NCBI GenBank assembly: GCA_964016885.1
Contig: OZ024742.1
Coordinates: 242,916,001 to 242,980,000, forward strand
DNA: 64,000 nucleotides
Source of the DNA: Eledone cirrhosa
Taxonomy: Eukaryota
Direction of reading: 5' to 3'
Shown here piece by piece: positions 43,803-59,552 of the stretch. The position numbers and the translations under genes were made by a program. Numbering within the stretch: the first letter of the stretch is position 1; every line of letters starts with the position of its first letter. The notes under the pieces were generated by a model. It had not been told where the DNA came from. It saw only the letters and a program-made list of their open reading frames with translations, and searched no databases.

Positions 43803-44567
43803 TGTATGTATGTAAAAGTAAACAGAAATAACAACACAATCGGTACAGTATATGGAAGGGATATATTAGGTTAACGCTTGATATAGCAGGAAGATGGTCT
43901 TAATGTTTCGGACACTAGTCCTTCAGCAGGAGAAAGGATGAGAAATAACATAGATTGGGGGGGGGGGGGGGTTGAAATTGGAAAAATGTCTTTATATATG
44001 TATATATATATATATAGGAAAAGAGTCAGTATATATACACACACAAATATTTATATATATATTTGCGTATTTACGAACGTCTAACAAACAGCACAATTTG
44101 AAAACTTTAAAACGTTACGTATATTTCTATTTAAACATTATTTTGTTGTCGAATGGGTTTCCATATACGCAGAAATTCACGGAAAAACAGTAAACGTATT
44201 GGAAAACCCTATTTCAGGACTGTCATATTGTCAAAATGCTACTTTGCGAATTCCAGTAAAAAGCATCACCTTATATAACTACATAGAATGGTTCATTTGT
44301 TTACGAGTGTGTAAAATAGTTTACCGAATAATGTTGCTATATGTACACCTGCTAAACATTCCGCTACATAGAAATATTGATAAACTGATATAAATGTTTA
44401 TCTTTATTGATAACTTAAGTAGGTATAAGTTGGTATCTGCTCTGCAGAGGATACTGGCGAAAATAAACGAATCTGAAAATGATTCAATCCAAAGATCTGA
44501 AGCTTTGTAGAGTACTTGCGGTGTACTTTCAAGATTTATTCCACAAAAAAGAAAATATTTTACTTTT

Positions 44568-44667
<100 letters not shown>

Positions 44668-44863
44668 GTGTGTGTGTGTGTGTATAAACATACATACATA
44701 CATACATACATGATGGCTGCAACTCGATTTCGAGTAATGCCATCGTTTGATACTTAGGCATGAGTATCACAGATGTGGCTTTTTTACTCCTGCTACGGAC
44801 TAAAATGCTACGCCTGATCACCAGGGACTTTTTATTTTCTACTTCTTGCAAGTAGTTCAGTAT

Positions 44864-44921
<58 letters not shown>

Positions 44922-45089
44922 ACACACACACACAAATATATATATATAACAAAGAAGGTGTGGTAAATACCAGGTGGACCATAACGCACCAGAGTACTCA
45001 ATACTTAGCGTAGTAGAACGAAACCGTTCGGATATAGCTGTCGAAACGGCCGGAGCTCAGCCACCGGTGTCCTGACACTTTTCACACAC

Positions 45090-45154
<65 letters not shown>

Positions 45155-45155
45155 A

Positions 45156-45223
<68 letters not shown>

Positions 45224-45224
45224 A

Positions 45225-45254
<30 letters not shown>

Positions 45255-45256
<2 letters not shown>

Positions 45257-46445
45257 ATAACTAGAAATTGATTAACATATAAATAAACATGAATAATCAC
45301 AGGAGATAATTTTTACAAGTGTGTAACCACACATAGCTAGGTAGGTAACTAAATAAAGTTGACCAGAACTTCAAAAATACATACCTTATAATATGATTAA
45401 TCTTCCCTGTAAATATTCCATTAAAGAAATATATTTCACCAATTAATCGGATGGTAAACCACGGAAGTGGAGACTTGGATTTTCAACAAGGAAGAAATTC
45501 CAGCGATCCGTGTTTACACTTCAAGTTCAAATCAGCGACTGGCCAGCAACACGTGCTATATTTACTAGAAATACACACATCATACTAGCTTCGTCCCAGT
45601 GGCGTGAATAGGGTTATCGACAACTAGAAACAGCAGTCGAGTCCATTCAACAGAGTTAGCTCTACAATTAAGGAGACGTATTTATATATCTATATCCAAA
45701 ATTAAGATAAATCAAATGAATTTAATCTAAATCAAAATTATGGGTGTCATCCCAGAAAAACATGCGCCATATCACCCGCAAAATAAGCTCTAAGATTCTA
45801 ACGAGTAGGTCCGAGCATTTTATAATAACTAGAAATTGATTAACATATAAATAAACATGAATAATCACAGGAGATAATTTTTACAAGTGTGTAACCACAC
45901 ATATCTAGGTAGGTAACTAAATAAAGTTGACCAGAACTTCAAAAATAGATACCTTATAATATGATTTATCTTCCCTGTAAATATTCCATTAAAGAAATAT
46001 ATTTCACCAATTAATCGGATGGTAAACCACGGAAGTGGAGACTTGGATTTTCAACAAGGAAGAAGTTCCAGCAATCCGTGTTTACACTTCAAGTTCAAAT
46101 CAGCGACTGGCCAGCAACACGTGCTATATATTTCTTTAATGGAATATATACAGGGAAGATTAATTTATATTATAAGGTATCTATTTTTGAAGTTCTGATC
46201 AACTTTATTTAGTTACCTACCTAGCTATGTGTGGTTACACACTTGTAAAATTTATCTCCTGTGATTATTCATGTTTATTTATATGTTAATCAATTTCTAG
46301 TTATTATAAAATGCTCGGACCTACTCGTTAGAATCTTAGAGCTTATTGTGCGGGTGATATGGCGCATGTCTTTCTGGCATGACACCCATAATTTTGATTT
46401 AGATTAAATTCATTTGATTTATCTTAATTTTGGATATAGATAGAT
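45255..46445. mobile_element. PLE-like partial tandem (567-bp period) plus inverted copy
   Basis: 45255-45560 is repeated at 45822-46128; 46128-46445 is the reverse complement of ~45685-46000; flanked by (TA)n. Confidence 0.7.
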
Positions 46446-46527
46446 ATATATATAATTGGTGTACGATGCTTAAAGCCTCCGTATGCGGTAGGCCGTATGA
46501 GCACTCGATGCTCTCATAGAGCAGAGT

Positions 46528-46838
46528 ATGATATCACAAAAAAAAAGAGAATCAGTGTTGCGACGAATGGAATTTATTGGACATATTACAATCGTTTCTC
46601 TGGCGACCAGCTCGAGGCACGATCGATGTGATGGTCGAACCTGACTCTGAAAATCCCCAAGGTCCTCAGATACGTCTTGATTTTACGAAGCAAATTAAGA
46701 CGTATCTGAGGATCTTGCGATTTTCAGTGTCAGGTTCGATCATCACATCGATCGTGCCTCGAGCTGGTCGACAGAGAAACTATTGTAATATGTCCAATAA
46801 ATTCCATTCGTCACAACACTGATTCTTTTTTTTTTGTG

Positions 46839-46843
<5 letters not shown>
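46528..46843. mobile_element. palindrome carrying two divergent hammerheads (46581-46675 minus, 46700-46793 plus)
   Basis: ACGTAT-CTGAGGA-TCT..(~57 nt)..AGA-GAAA-CTATTG-TA-ATATGT; older relative at ~34510-34640. Confidence 0.75.
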
Positions 46844-46869
<26 letters not shown>

Positions 46870-47016
46870 CATACATACATATATCCATATGTATACACAC
46901 GTACATATATATACACACACGCACACGCATATGTATGTGTGTCTCTGTATGTATATATGCATGTATGTTACGTATATATATATATGTATGTATGTGTGTG
47001 TGTTAGGTATGTATGT

Positions 47017-47255
47017 GAAGGTGTGTGGATTAATGGTTAGGGTGCTTGGCTCACCATCCTAAAGTCGTAAGTACGGTTTCCAGCGGTGCGTTGTGTCATC
47101 GAGCAGGACACTTTATTTAAACTCAATTGGTTAGAAATGAGTTGTGGCAGTATTTCAAAGTGCCAGCCTTGTCACACAATGTGTTACGCTGAATTTCCCT
47201 GAAAACTACATGAAGCGTACACGTGTCTGTGGAATACTCATTCACCTGTACATTA
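47017..47255 (+). mobile_element. CORE-type SINE
   Basis: Head GGTGTGTGGATTAATGGTTAGGG; CORE-like TTGTGTCATCGAGCAGGACACTT. Confidence 0.6.
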
Positions 47256-47264
47256 ATATAAATA

Positions 47265-47897
47265 TTTTTACATTTGGCACAGAGCCAGCAATTGGGGGGA
47301 GGGGAATAAAGTATATTAAATTGACCCCAGTGCATTACTGGTGCTTTATTTTATTGACCCCGTAAGGATGAAAGGCTAAGCTAACCCTGGCAAGATTTGA
47401 ACTCAGATCGTAAAGGGACGTAGCTCTTTGCCACGAAGCATGGTGTCCGACGTTCTACCAATATTGCCAATCCACCGCCTGCTCATTAATATAATTGTTT
47501 CTACTTTTGGCACAAGGCCAGCAATTATTCCAGTACATTACTGGTACTTTATTTTATCGAACCCCGTAAGGATGAAAGGCAAAGCTAACCTCGGCGGGAT
47601 TTGAATTCAGACCGTAAAGGGCCATGACTCTATGCTGCAAAGCATGGCGTCCGACCCTCTACCGATACTGCCGATCCACCACCTTAGGCACAAGGCCAGT
47701 AATTTTTTTTGGGGGGGGGAGGGGAAAGTCGATTAAATCTACCCCAGTGCGTTACTGGTACTTTATTTTATCGACCCCGTATGGATGAAAGTCAAAGCTA
47801 ACCCCGGCGTGATTTGAACTCAGAACGTCAAGGGCTGTAACTCTATGTTGCAAAGCATGGTGTCCGACGCTCTACCGATTCTGCCAATCCACCGCCT
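47265..47897 (-). mobile_element. three tandem SINEs
   Basis: Family match; spacer TGCT(C/A)ATTAATATAAT at ~47480 and ~47897. Other copies at 26777-26912(+), 48690-48877(-), 51455-51623(-), 56157-56542(-, x2), 57240-57602(-, x2) and 58137-58450(+). Confidence 0.87.
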
Positions 47898-48517
47898 GCT
47901 AATTAATATAATGAGTAGGCTATTCCATTGGTCAAACAACTGGAAGATTCATCAAAGTAACCACCGGTGGTCCAACATAGATGAATGGAAGGAATTGTTA
48001 GAAGAATTTGATGAGAATTTATAATGAAAGAAACAAGCAAAATTTTCCTCTTACCAAATCAACTAGCACAGATTTTTCCTTAATTCCTTTTGATGATGCG
48101 CCACCAATTGCTACATTACTGTCCACTTCTAATAGTTTGATATAAAACCGCGTTTTCCTGCAGATCTTAACAATTTCGAGGGCTTTTTTTTTCTGCTTTA
48201 GATATTTCCCTACGATTTCCTTCTTATACACTCACCATTTATTACGCCTTCTTTCTACCTCGTTTCTCTATTTGGATACTTTCTTTAATTTCTCTTGCTC
48301 TCTATTTCTCTTACTGTGGTTCTCGTAAGATCTACAGATATATGTGTCTGCATGTGTATGCGTTTGTGCTTGTGTTTGTGCATGTGTGCTTGCGTTCATA
48401 TGTACGTATGCATGTATATATACATGCATGTATGTATGTATGAATCTATGTACGTATATGTATGTATGTAGGATTGCATATATATATATGTATATATATA
48501 ATATATATATGATTGTG

Positions 48518-48564
<47 letters not shown>

Positions 48565-49082
48565 ATGTGCATGTGTGTGTATATATATATGTGTGCGTGT
48601 GTGTGTGTGTGTGTGTATCTCGCTAACATAAAGAAAATATTTACTTGGTATACAGTGTTAGAAGAGTCGAATACTTAGAAGCTTAATATAATTGTTTTTT
48701 CTTTTGGCACAAGGCCAGCAATTATCCCAGTGTATTACTGATACTTTATTTTAGCGACCTCGTAAGGATGAAAGGCAAAGTTTAACTCGGTGGGATTTGA
48801 ACTCAGAATGGCAAGGGCCGTAAATCTTTTCTGTAAAGCATGGCGTCCGACCTTCTACCGATACTGCCAATCCACCATAATGATATCTAAGTATAAAAAA
48901 AAAGGAACAAAACAATTAGAAATGAATACACATACATAAATCGTAACTTCTACGAAGATGAAATTCATGTTTCTGTTTATCTACTAATATGACGAAAGTG
49001 TTTATCTCTTCTGCCTCCATTCATTGTATATAAATAAATATATATATATATATACAGACACACATATATATCAATATCTATA

Positions 49083-49114
<32 letters not shown>

Positions 49115-49308
49115 GGAACCAGTAAGACCCCGACAGCTGAGCTCAAGACGTTTCGACGGCTAATTCTCAGAATTCTGAGAATTAGCCGTCGAAACGGCTT
49201 GAGCTCAGCTGTCGGGGTCTTACTGGTTCCTATTACCCACTCTACTACCTCAAGTATTGAGTACTTTGGTGCGTTATGGTCCACCTGGTTCCTTACCACA
49301 TTTCCTTC

Positions 49309-49384
<76 letters not shown>

Positions 49385-49424
49385 TATATTTATATGTATA
49401 TATCTATATATATGTATGTATATA

Positions 49425-49817
<393 letters not shown>

Positions 49818-49939
49818 AATGTATATATATCATTATAATTTTTATTTTTATCATTATATTGTATTTTTTACTTTGTAGCATCCTTCCTTAAAACACTCCT
49901 TACTCCCTCTCGGACTTCCTGTTCTTCCCCTATCCGAAC

Positions 49940-49975
49940 TTTTCTGATGACAGACGTATGTCCGAAACGTTAAAA
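49940..49975 (+). ncRNA. minimal hammerhead ribozyme (relatives with damaged cores at 43897-43933 minus and ~32403-32437 plus)
   Basis: TTTT-CTGATGA-CAGACGTATGTCC-GAAACGTT-AAAA. Confidence 0.6.
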
Positions 49976-50075
49976 CCTCCCCCACTTCCACCAAGCGTGA
50001 ACCCAATATAACTGCATACAATTGCCTCCTGTATTTTGTTCGTTCATTTTCAACTATATATACATGTGTGTGTAC

Positions 50076-50139
<64 letters not shown>

Positions 50140-50304
50140 TGTATATATAAGATACTAAAACTGAGTATATTTACTCTTTTTTGCCTGTTTTACAAGTTTA
50201 ACGGAACCAGTCCATTGTTCAGGAGAATTTCATCAACTAATATACATATAAACAGAAGCCTTTGCTTTAAATAACCACAGTACGAGTATAAATATTTAAT
50301 ATTC

Positions 50305-50425
50305 AAATGGCTTCTACAGGACTAAAACTGTTTCATTATAAGGAAATCATCAGGAAAACCCTTCCTGATGATTTCCTTCGAATGAAACAGTTCTAGTCCT
50401 GTAGAAGCTATTTCTCTATTAAATA
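50305..50425. repeat. short palindrome of two hammerhead-like cores
   Basis: CTGATGA-TTTCCTTCGAAT-GAAA-CAGTTCTAG-TC at 50365-50398, with its mirror copy; helix I is lost at the fold. Confidence 0.55.
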
Positions 50426-50530
50426 TATATATATATATATATATTTAATAGAGAAATGGCTTCTCCAACAGACACGGTCGCATTCTTTAAGGGTATGTCA
50501 ATTTTTGTTTATAAAACTGATCTATATTAT

Positions 50531-50593
50531 ATTTTATCTGATGAAAGCGCACCATAATTTGCTTTGGTGTCCTTGAAATATGTATAATGAAAT
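50531..50593 (+). ncRNA. type I hammerhead ribozyme
   Basis: ATTTTAT-CTGATGA-AAGCGCACCA..TGGTGTCCTT-GAAA-TATGTA-TA-ATGAAAT; mutated copy at ~20648-20710 (-). Confidence 0.78.
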
Positions 50594-50654
50594 AAATATG
50601 GTTTTATAAATATAGTTTCCATTTGTTAATATATTGTATATATATATATATAAC

Positions 50655-51062
50655 CAAAGATTAGTATGGTGTTTTGAATACTCAATGAATACAATTTTAC
50701 AATGGATTAGAAGCACTCAACCAAATATTTTTCCCGGAGTTTTTAATATTATTCAAAATATTAACAAATGAAAAATATTCTCATCAAAATATATACTTTA
50801 TTATATATATTTCAGAGGTACTGTGTTGTTTTTTCAGTACGCCCTCATCAGACAAAATATATATGACATACCGCTACGGTCTTGATTGTTCAATTCCAGA
50901 CTGCCAATACTGCAATTGAACAATCAAGACCGTAGCGGTATGTCATATATATTTTGTCTGATGAGGGCGTACTGAAAAAACAACACAGTACCTCTGAAAT
51001 ATATATAATAAAGTATATATTTTGATGATGAGAATATTTTTCATTTGTTAATATTTTGAACA
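50655..51062. mobile_element. PLE pLTR palindrome + tail; hammerheads at 50795-50858 (-) and 50951-51014 (+)
   Basis: ATTTTGT-CTGATGA-GGGCGTACTG..CAGTACCTCT-GAAA-TATATA-TA-ATAAAGT; arms ~50750-50895 / 50912-51060. Confidence 0.82.
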
Positions 51063-51122
<60 letters not shown>

Positions 51123-52105
51123 ACAAGACACATACACAATATAAAATACACAGACACACACAAACATACATGAAATAGTGAATGTGTGCGAAAATAGAAA
51201 GACAACTATATCCATACAAACCACAAGACAGGCCAATGCAATGAACTAGATGATGGAGCATCTATGCAGTCAGTTGGTTTACAAAAAGTATGAACCAAAT
51301 TTCCTCAAACCACACACTTCTATCTTAAACAAAAATAAAACGACCCATCAGCTAATATAGCCTATAAAGTCCTGCCAACCCTTAAAAACCCAAACGGGGT
51401 GTACCATGAAAAACACGGGGAGAAAAGAGGTAAAATGGGGAGATTTTACATAATTGTTTCTACTTTTGGCACAAGGCCAGCAAATACCCCAGTGTATTAC
51501 TGGTACTTTATTTTATCGCCCCCGTAAGGATGAAAGGCAAAGCTAACCTCCGTTTGGATTTGAACTCAGAACGTAAAGGGCCTTAACTCTATGCTGCAAA
51601 GCTTGGTGTCTGACGCTCCACCGATAATGAAAGCTATACCCATTTTTATAAGAGAAGACATCTCTCACCCACCTCAAAGTGGGTTGGAGATCTCGCCGTC
51701 GACAGGTATGCCTATATCATCTATACAAATGGATGATATGATTGCGGATGCATTGCCTTTGATATATCTGCTCAACGAAATCTGACCTGGGTCTAATCAA
51801 TAACAATCAGTGAGTGAGCCTGTATACAGTCGAACGTACCGCTAGAACAAATCACACACACTACACCAGTTAAAAGAAAAAGGACACTTTGGATAAGGTA
51901 GTCTTTATACACACCATACCTAGGCTTACCATATATCTCTGTTTGGCCCAGACAGTACCACTTATTTTCTTATGAATACATTTTTTGTTTGTTGACATCG
52001 AACCTGATATAATTGTGTTTCACGGCCTTTCTCTTCCCACACAACCCTGTCATATGTATTAGAGGAACTGATTACTAGTGTATATTCAAATAAGTTGACG
52101 TGGTT

Positions 52106-52177
52106 GGCTCGTTGGTCTTGGAGTATGATTCTCGCTTTGGGTGCGACAGGTCCCTGGTTCAAATCTCGGACGAGCCC
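52106..52177 (+). tRNA. tRNA-Pro(TGG), probably a pseudogene
   Basis: 72 nt matching the canonical metazoan tRNA-Pro GGCTCGTTGGTCTAGGGGTATGATTCTCGCTTTGGGTGCGAGAGGTCCCGGGTTCAAATCCCGGACGAGCCC with 5 substitutions (two in the D loop, one anticodon-stem mismatch, two in the T stem). Confidence 0.88.
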
Positions 52178-52186
52178 ATACTCTAC

Positions 52187-52201
52187 TTTTTTTTTTTTTT
52201 T
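52187..52201 (+). terminator. Pol III oligo-T terminator
   Basis: Run of ~15 T, 9 nt downstream of the tRNA. Confidence 0.7.
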
Positions 52202-52630
52202 CTATTTTGACTCGACATTTAATACTAATCAAACACATTAATATGTCATGTGTGTTTTCACATATATAATTTATTTAAATAAATCTGTCTGTATAATTAT
52301 ATTGCATTTCTTATCTCAACCGAGTTGCTACAATAAAAATTGACAAGGTCCTACATTTATTTTTATAAATCGGTATTTCTCCAAAGTTACTAATTTGTTT
52401 AATAATGTATATTTTAAAAGTCTACATGAAATAGTTTTCTGTGAATTTTATTGCTTTTTAAATCTGTTTAGATTAAATATTTAAAAAGTGTGTTTTATCA
52501 ATAAAATATTTTAAATACGTTTTTTTTTAAAGTAGTTTGATATGTTAGATTAAACGTTAAATGTTTACTTATTAAAATCCTTTTGCATAATTTAGGAAAT
52601 CCTCAGTTAATTGCAAATTTTAGAATCTTA

Positions 52631-52843
52631 CTAGACCACCCGTGACTCGTTTGGGTCACGTTCACTTCACAATATTTTTTTAAATCATGTTCACATAAAA
52701 ATAATTTTTAAATAATTAAAATATACACAGACATGTATATAAATTGAAATGAAACTGGAAGGCCCATATAATATATACGTGTGTGTATGTATATATATAT
52801 ATATATATAAATGTGTATGTTTGTATACAGATATATATATGCA

Positions 52844-52874
<31 letters not shown>

Positions 52875-52928
52875 GGGTGTCTGTGATCTATATACACTGG
52901 TCATAGACACACACACACTCACACTCAT

Positions 52929-53010
<82 letters not shown>

Positions 53011-53642
53011 TAGCTAAAGTATATATGGTTCAAGTAGCTTTCGATGTAGCTCATTAAACTAAACAAAGTAAATTTGAATACATAGAAGAAAAACGTACTT
53101 TATGTAAACATGAAAACCTTAGGCACTATTCCAGCGAAATAATTAATATGTGAGCTTAGTGTCATCCATTATCCCATGTAACAACAGAAATCCAGTCTAC
53201 GTATAAATTTATTTGACAACATTAAAACCTTTTGTTTCAAGTACAAAGAGTAAAGTAAAATCCGAATGAGCCGAATTGTAATAATCAAAATCCCCAAACA
53301 AAATTTTTGACAACATCAAAAATGAGTTCCTATTGTATTGACGAAAGATAACTCTTGTCTTACTTAATCACGAAAATTGACACAAATAACCGAAACTTTT
53401 TTAATGTCTCCAAAGGCCCCAATATCGATTTTTGAAAGCCTTTGGAGATCATGTACAGGTTTTGTGCAAGGAGAAGCTCTGTAAAAAATTCAAAGAAATC
53501 GCATGAATGGTTTAGAATATATGAACCCTCATTAAAAATTGTCCACACACACATACACTGACACATACAGAAAACTACATTTTCATATATATACAGATAT
53601 ATATATACAACAACAACACCAGCTCTCTCTCTCTCTCACTCG

Positions 53643-53712
<70 letters not shown>

Positions 53713-53979
53713 ATCTCCTTCTCTGTCTCCTCTCCCTCCTATGTCTCTTTCAATCTACACTCTCACATCCACTATCTCTTTCTCTCTGTCTATGAAGGTA
53801 CCCGGAAAAACCCCATATCTCGGGAACCCATGCTTCGATTTACGCGAAACTTGTTTTATTCCATTTGTATTCCCATTTTAGGGGCAATTTCCTTTCAAAG
53901 TATTTTCCCATTATGCGCTCTTTTGGCTGTATTACATTACCGACAAGCAAGCAAGCAATCACAGGGTTTTGGTAGTATA

Positions 53980-53983
<4 letters not shown>
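52631..53983 (-). mobile_element. Helitron-like non-autonomous element, copy A
   Basis: Minus-strand 3' end: hairpin CGTGACCC..GAGTCACG then CTAG-T; internal blocks are repeated in 53980-55510. Confidence 0.65.
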
Positions 53984-55510
<1,527 letters not shown>

Positions 55511-55770
55511 GACATATATAGATACCTAAGTAAAATTTACGGAGATGATAGTTGCTTAGATTTCTTTATTAGAAGACAAGTTATTTAGAGTATTTAAATT
55601 ATCGGTGTAGATATTTTCTGCGTAGATATCTGTAGAATATCTGTAAATATCTGTACATGTTATAATTGATATTGAATATAGATATCGGTTCAGTTTAGTG
55701 GGGAATAATTTGTTCATATTTATGATGAAAATTCCTATTAATCCTTCTTAGATTTAAATTAAATATGTAG

Positions 55771-55824
<54 letters not shown>

Positions 55825-57682
55825 TATATATATATAAATACATTATCGGAGAAAGCTAATAGCGATACTCCGGCCAAATCCCAACTCACTCAACAAACAT
55901 TAGGAAATAAGTGAGTATATTCCTAATTAAACGTTCGGGGTGCTAACTAATTGCATTGTGTGGAAAATTGGCTGTATTATTTCATATGAGATATATCAAA
56001 TAAATCTCTTCCCAGACGGACGTCTCGTTTCAGTATAAGATTCCTACAAGTTAGGTGAAATTATATCAAATTATGTAGAAGCTTGTATAAGATCAACAGA
56101 TTCTTATTCAAGTGGGCTCTTATAATTCTTCAGTGGGTCCCCAATAAGATTAATAATTGTTTCTACTTTAGGCACAAGGCCAGCAATTACCCAGTACATT
56201 ACTGGTACTTTATTTTATCGACCCCGTAAGGATGAAAGGCAAAGTTAACCTCGGCGGGATTTTAACTTAGACTGTAAAGGGACGTAACTATGCTAGAAAG
56301 CATGGCGTTCAATCCTCTACCGATACTGCCAATCCACCGCCCAATAACATTAATAATTGTTTCTACTTTTGGCACAAGGCCAGCAATTATCCCAGTGCAT
56401 TAGTGGTACTTTATTTTATCGACCCCGTAAGGATGAAAGGCAAAGTAAACCTCGGCGGGATTTGAACTCAGACCGTAAAGGGACGTAACTATGCTGGAAA
56501 GCATGGTGTCCGACCCTCTACTGATACTGCCAATCCACCACCCTATATTAATAATGATAGTCAAATCAACATTAATATTTAGCGATAATCACCATCACTG
56601 CTTGAGGTAGCTGTTAGGTTGCTAGCCCAGCAGTTCTAAAGAAAATCTCATACGAATACCGGGGGATCACTGTTGCTCTCACCTTCTTTCGCCCCTCTGT
56701 CAGTTACACTTTCTCTCGACTGACCTCTTCCTCGCACTTCCACTCACTCACTCTCTGTTTCTCCCCTTCTCACTTCCTCCCGTTTGGCTTGTAGTTGGTT
56801 CTCTTCTTGCTCACATCTGACTCACGACGGACGGTCTGTACCCCGATCGCTCATGAAATCCACCCAGCTTATGCTGACCGGATAACCATGTTGCTTGTTT
56901 ATTCCTATCTTTGCGTTGCTTTCATCCTTCTATGTTGTTTACTTGTCTCACTCGCTTTACGCGATTTACTTGTCCCAATAGCTTTATTTAGCTATTGCTC
57001 GCACCAACCTGAGGTATATGATTTTTAATGCGATGTAATATCAATGATGGTTGGAAAATCACTGACGAAGGACTATTTTTATCATATGTAACCCATGTAC
57101 AACCACGCAGTATTCTTCTTTCTTCTCATGTTTTATATATATATATATATATATATAAATAATAATAATAATAATAATAATATATATATATATATATATA
57201 AATACTGCCAATCCACCGCCATATATAAATAATAATAATTGTTTCTACTTTTGGCACAAGGCCACAATTACCCAGTACATTACTGGTACTTTATTTTATC
57301 GACGCCGTAAGGATGAAAGGCAAAGTTTACCTCGGCGGGATTTTAACTCAGAATGGCAAGGGCCGTAACTCTATGCGTCAAAGCATGGCGTCCGACCCTC
57401 TACCGATACTAATGATTTCTAATATAGACACAAGGTCAGTAATTTGGGGGGAAGGGAAAGTCGATTAAATCGTCCCCAGTACGTTACTGGTACTTTATTT
57501 TATCGACCCCGCAAGGATGAAAGTCAAAGTTAACCTCGGCGAGATTTGAAGTCATACCGTGAAGCGGCGTAACTCTATGCTACAAAGCATGGCGTCCTAC
57601 GCTAAGGAGTAGGAACAAGGTATCAATAAAACATCATGGATGCTACATTGATACCTCGTTCCTCCTCCCTGTCATTATTATT

Positions 57683-58125
57683 CTCTTCGGCCAATCCCTC
57701 ATCAACTTCTTCAAGTTTCACCTGGAAAGGAAGGTGAGGGTGGAGAGAGAAGTGCTTCCCCCCCCTCCCCCAGTACATTTGCTAAAAGGTGGATGAATGT
57801 GGCGAGAATGGCCCGTGTGAATGGGCCTCTGAGCATGCGCCTATAGTCTAGCTAACTTGAGGAGAGAGGGTGCTCTCCCTGGGTGCCCTAGAAGCGCAGG
57901 GTGGTACAGGATTGGTGGGGTACCTGAGTCACCCCAGGGTCGTCCACCCCCTATCGGGGAATTTATTTTGTTATATTTATGCATAGTTTATTGTATCTTT
58001 TTTATATTTTCATTGTTAAATTAGTCTTGCCATTGTGCACTTTTACTCGACCTTATTGTAAACCCCCACTGTCCCTGTCTTTGTATTGTCCCCTACATGT
58101 CGGCCCTTGTGGCTAATAAATGAAA
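57683..58125 (+). mobile_element. 5'-truncated Tx1 sister family inserted in (ATT)n
   Basis: LFGQSLINFFKFHLERKVRVEREVL..FAKRWMNVARMARVNGPLSMRL* is homologous to the copy 1-3 C-terminus; different 3' UTR; TCATTATTATT at 57672-57682 and 58126-58136. Confidence 0.88.
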
Positions 58126-58557
58126 TCATTATTATTAGTTACGTCCCTTTACGGTCTGATTTCAAATTCCGCCGAGGTTAACTTTGCCTTTCATCCTTAC
58201 GGGGTCGATAAAATAAAGTACCAGTAATGTACTGGGTAATTGCTGGCCTTGTGCCAAACGTAGAAACAATTATTATTATTATTAAAAGGCACAATCGGTA
58301 GAGGGTCGGACGCCATGCTTTGTAGCATAGTTACAGTGCATTACAGTCTGAGTTCAAATCCCGCCGGGGTTAACTTTGCCTTTCATCCAAATCCTTATTA
58401 TTATTATTAAAAGGTGGTGGATTAGCAGTATCGGTAGAGTGCTGGACACTGTGCTTCGTATTGGCATTGAGTGCTCAAATTGGTGAACTAGTAGTAACCA
58501 AACTTTACACACCAATAGACTATATGTATATATATATATACATATATAAATATATAA

Positions 58558-58670
<113 letters not shown>

Positions 58671-59073
58671 ATATATATAAAATTTAATATAGAAATGCTT
58701 TTACGTATTGATTACGTTACTCACTGGGGTAACCCCGATTGAACCTGGTACTCCCCCACCCCATATATATATATATATAACGAAGGAAATGTGGTAAGGA
58801 ACCAGATGGACCATAACGCACCAAAGTACTCAATACTTAGGGTAGTAGAGTGGGTAATAGGAACAAGTAGGACCCCGACGGCTGAGCTCAAGCCGTTTCG
58901 ACGGCTAATTCTGGACATATATATACATACATATATGTATATATAACTTCAATACCAAATATTTAAACAGAGTTCTTCGTATAAACGTTTAAATGTTTCC
59001 CTCCTCCCTGCTGTACATAGGTTACACCTCTTCCAATACGATGCAGTCTAGGACTTTCCAGGATTCGATATAA

Positions 59074-59552
59074 TACTATCGTCTGATGTCATTCATTCGA
59101 TACTCAGACACAGTCGACCAGTTTTGTACTATCGTCTGATGCCTTTCATTCGATACTCAGACTCAGTCGACCAGTTTTGTATTATCGTCAGATGCCTTTC
59201 ATTCGATACTCAGACACAGTCGACCAGTTTTGTATTATCGTCTGATGCCTTTCATTCGATACTCAGACACAGTCGACCAGTTTTGTATTATCGTCAGATG
59301 CCTTTCATTCGATACCCAGACACAGTCAACCAGTTTTGTACTATCGTCTGATGCCTTTCATTCGATACTCAGACACAGTCGACCAGTTTTGTACTATCGT
59401 CTGATGCCTTTTATTCGATACTCAGACACAGTCGACCAGTTTTGTACTATCGTCTGATGCCTTTTATTCGATACTCAGACACAGTCGACCAGTTTTGTAC
59501 TATCGTCTGATGCCTTTTATTCGATACCCAGATGCAGTCAACCAGTTTTGTA
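59074..59552. repeat. 53-bp minisatellite, ~9 copies
   Basis: TACTATCGTCTGATGCCTTTCATTCGATACTCAGACACAGTCGACCAGTTTTG. Confidence 0.97.

Noticed and set aside
56600-57030. Possible solo LTR or promoter
   Set aside because: I could not identify TG...CA ends, a TSD or a second copy.
59074-59552. CTGATG in the 53-bp repeat as a hammerhead core
   Set aside because: It reads CTGATGC, not CTGANGA, and there is no downstream GAAA with supporting helices.
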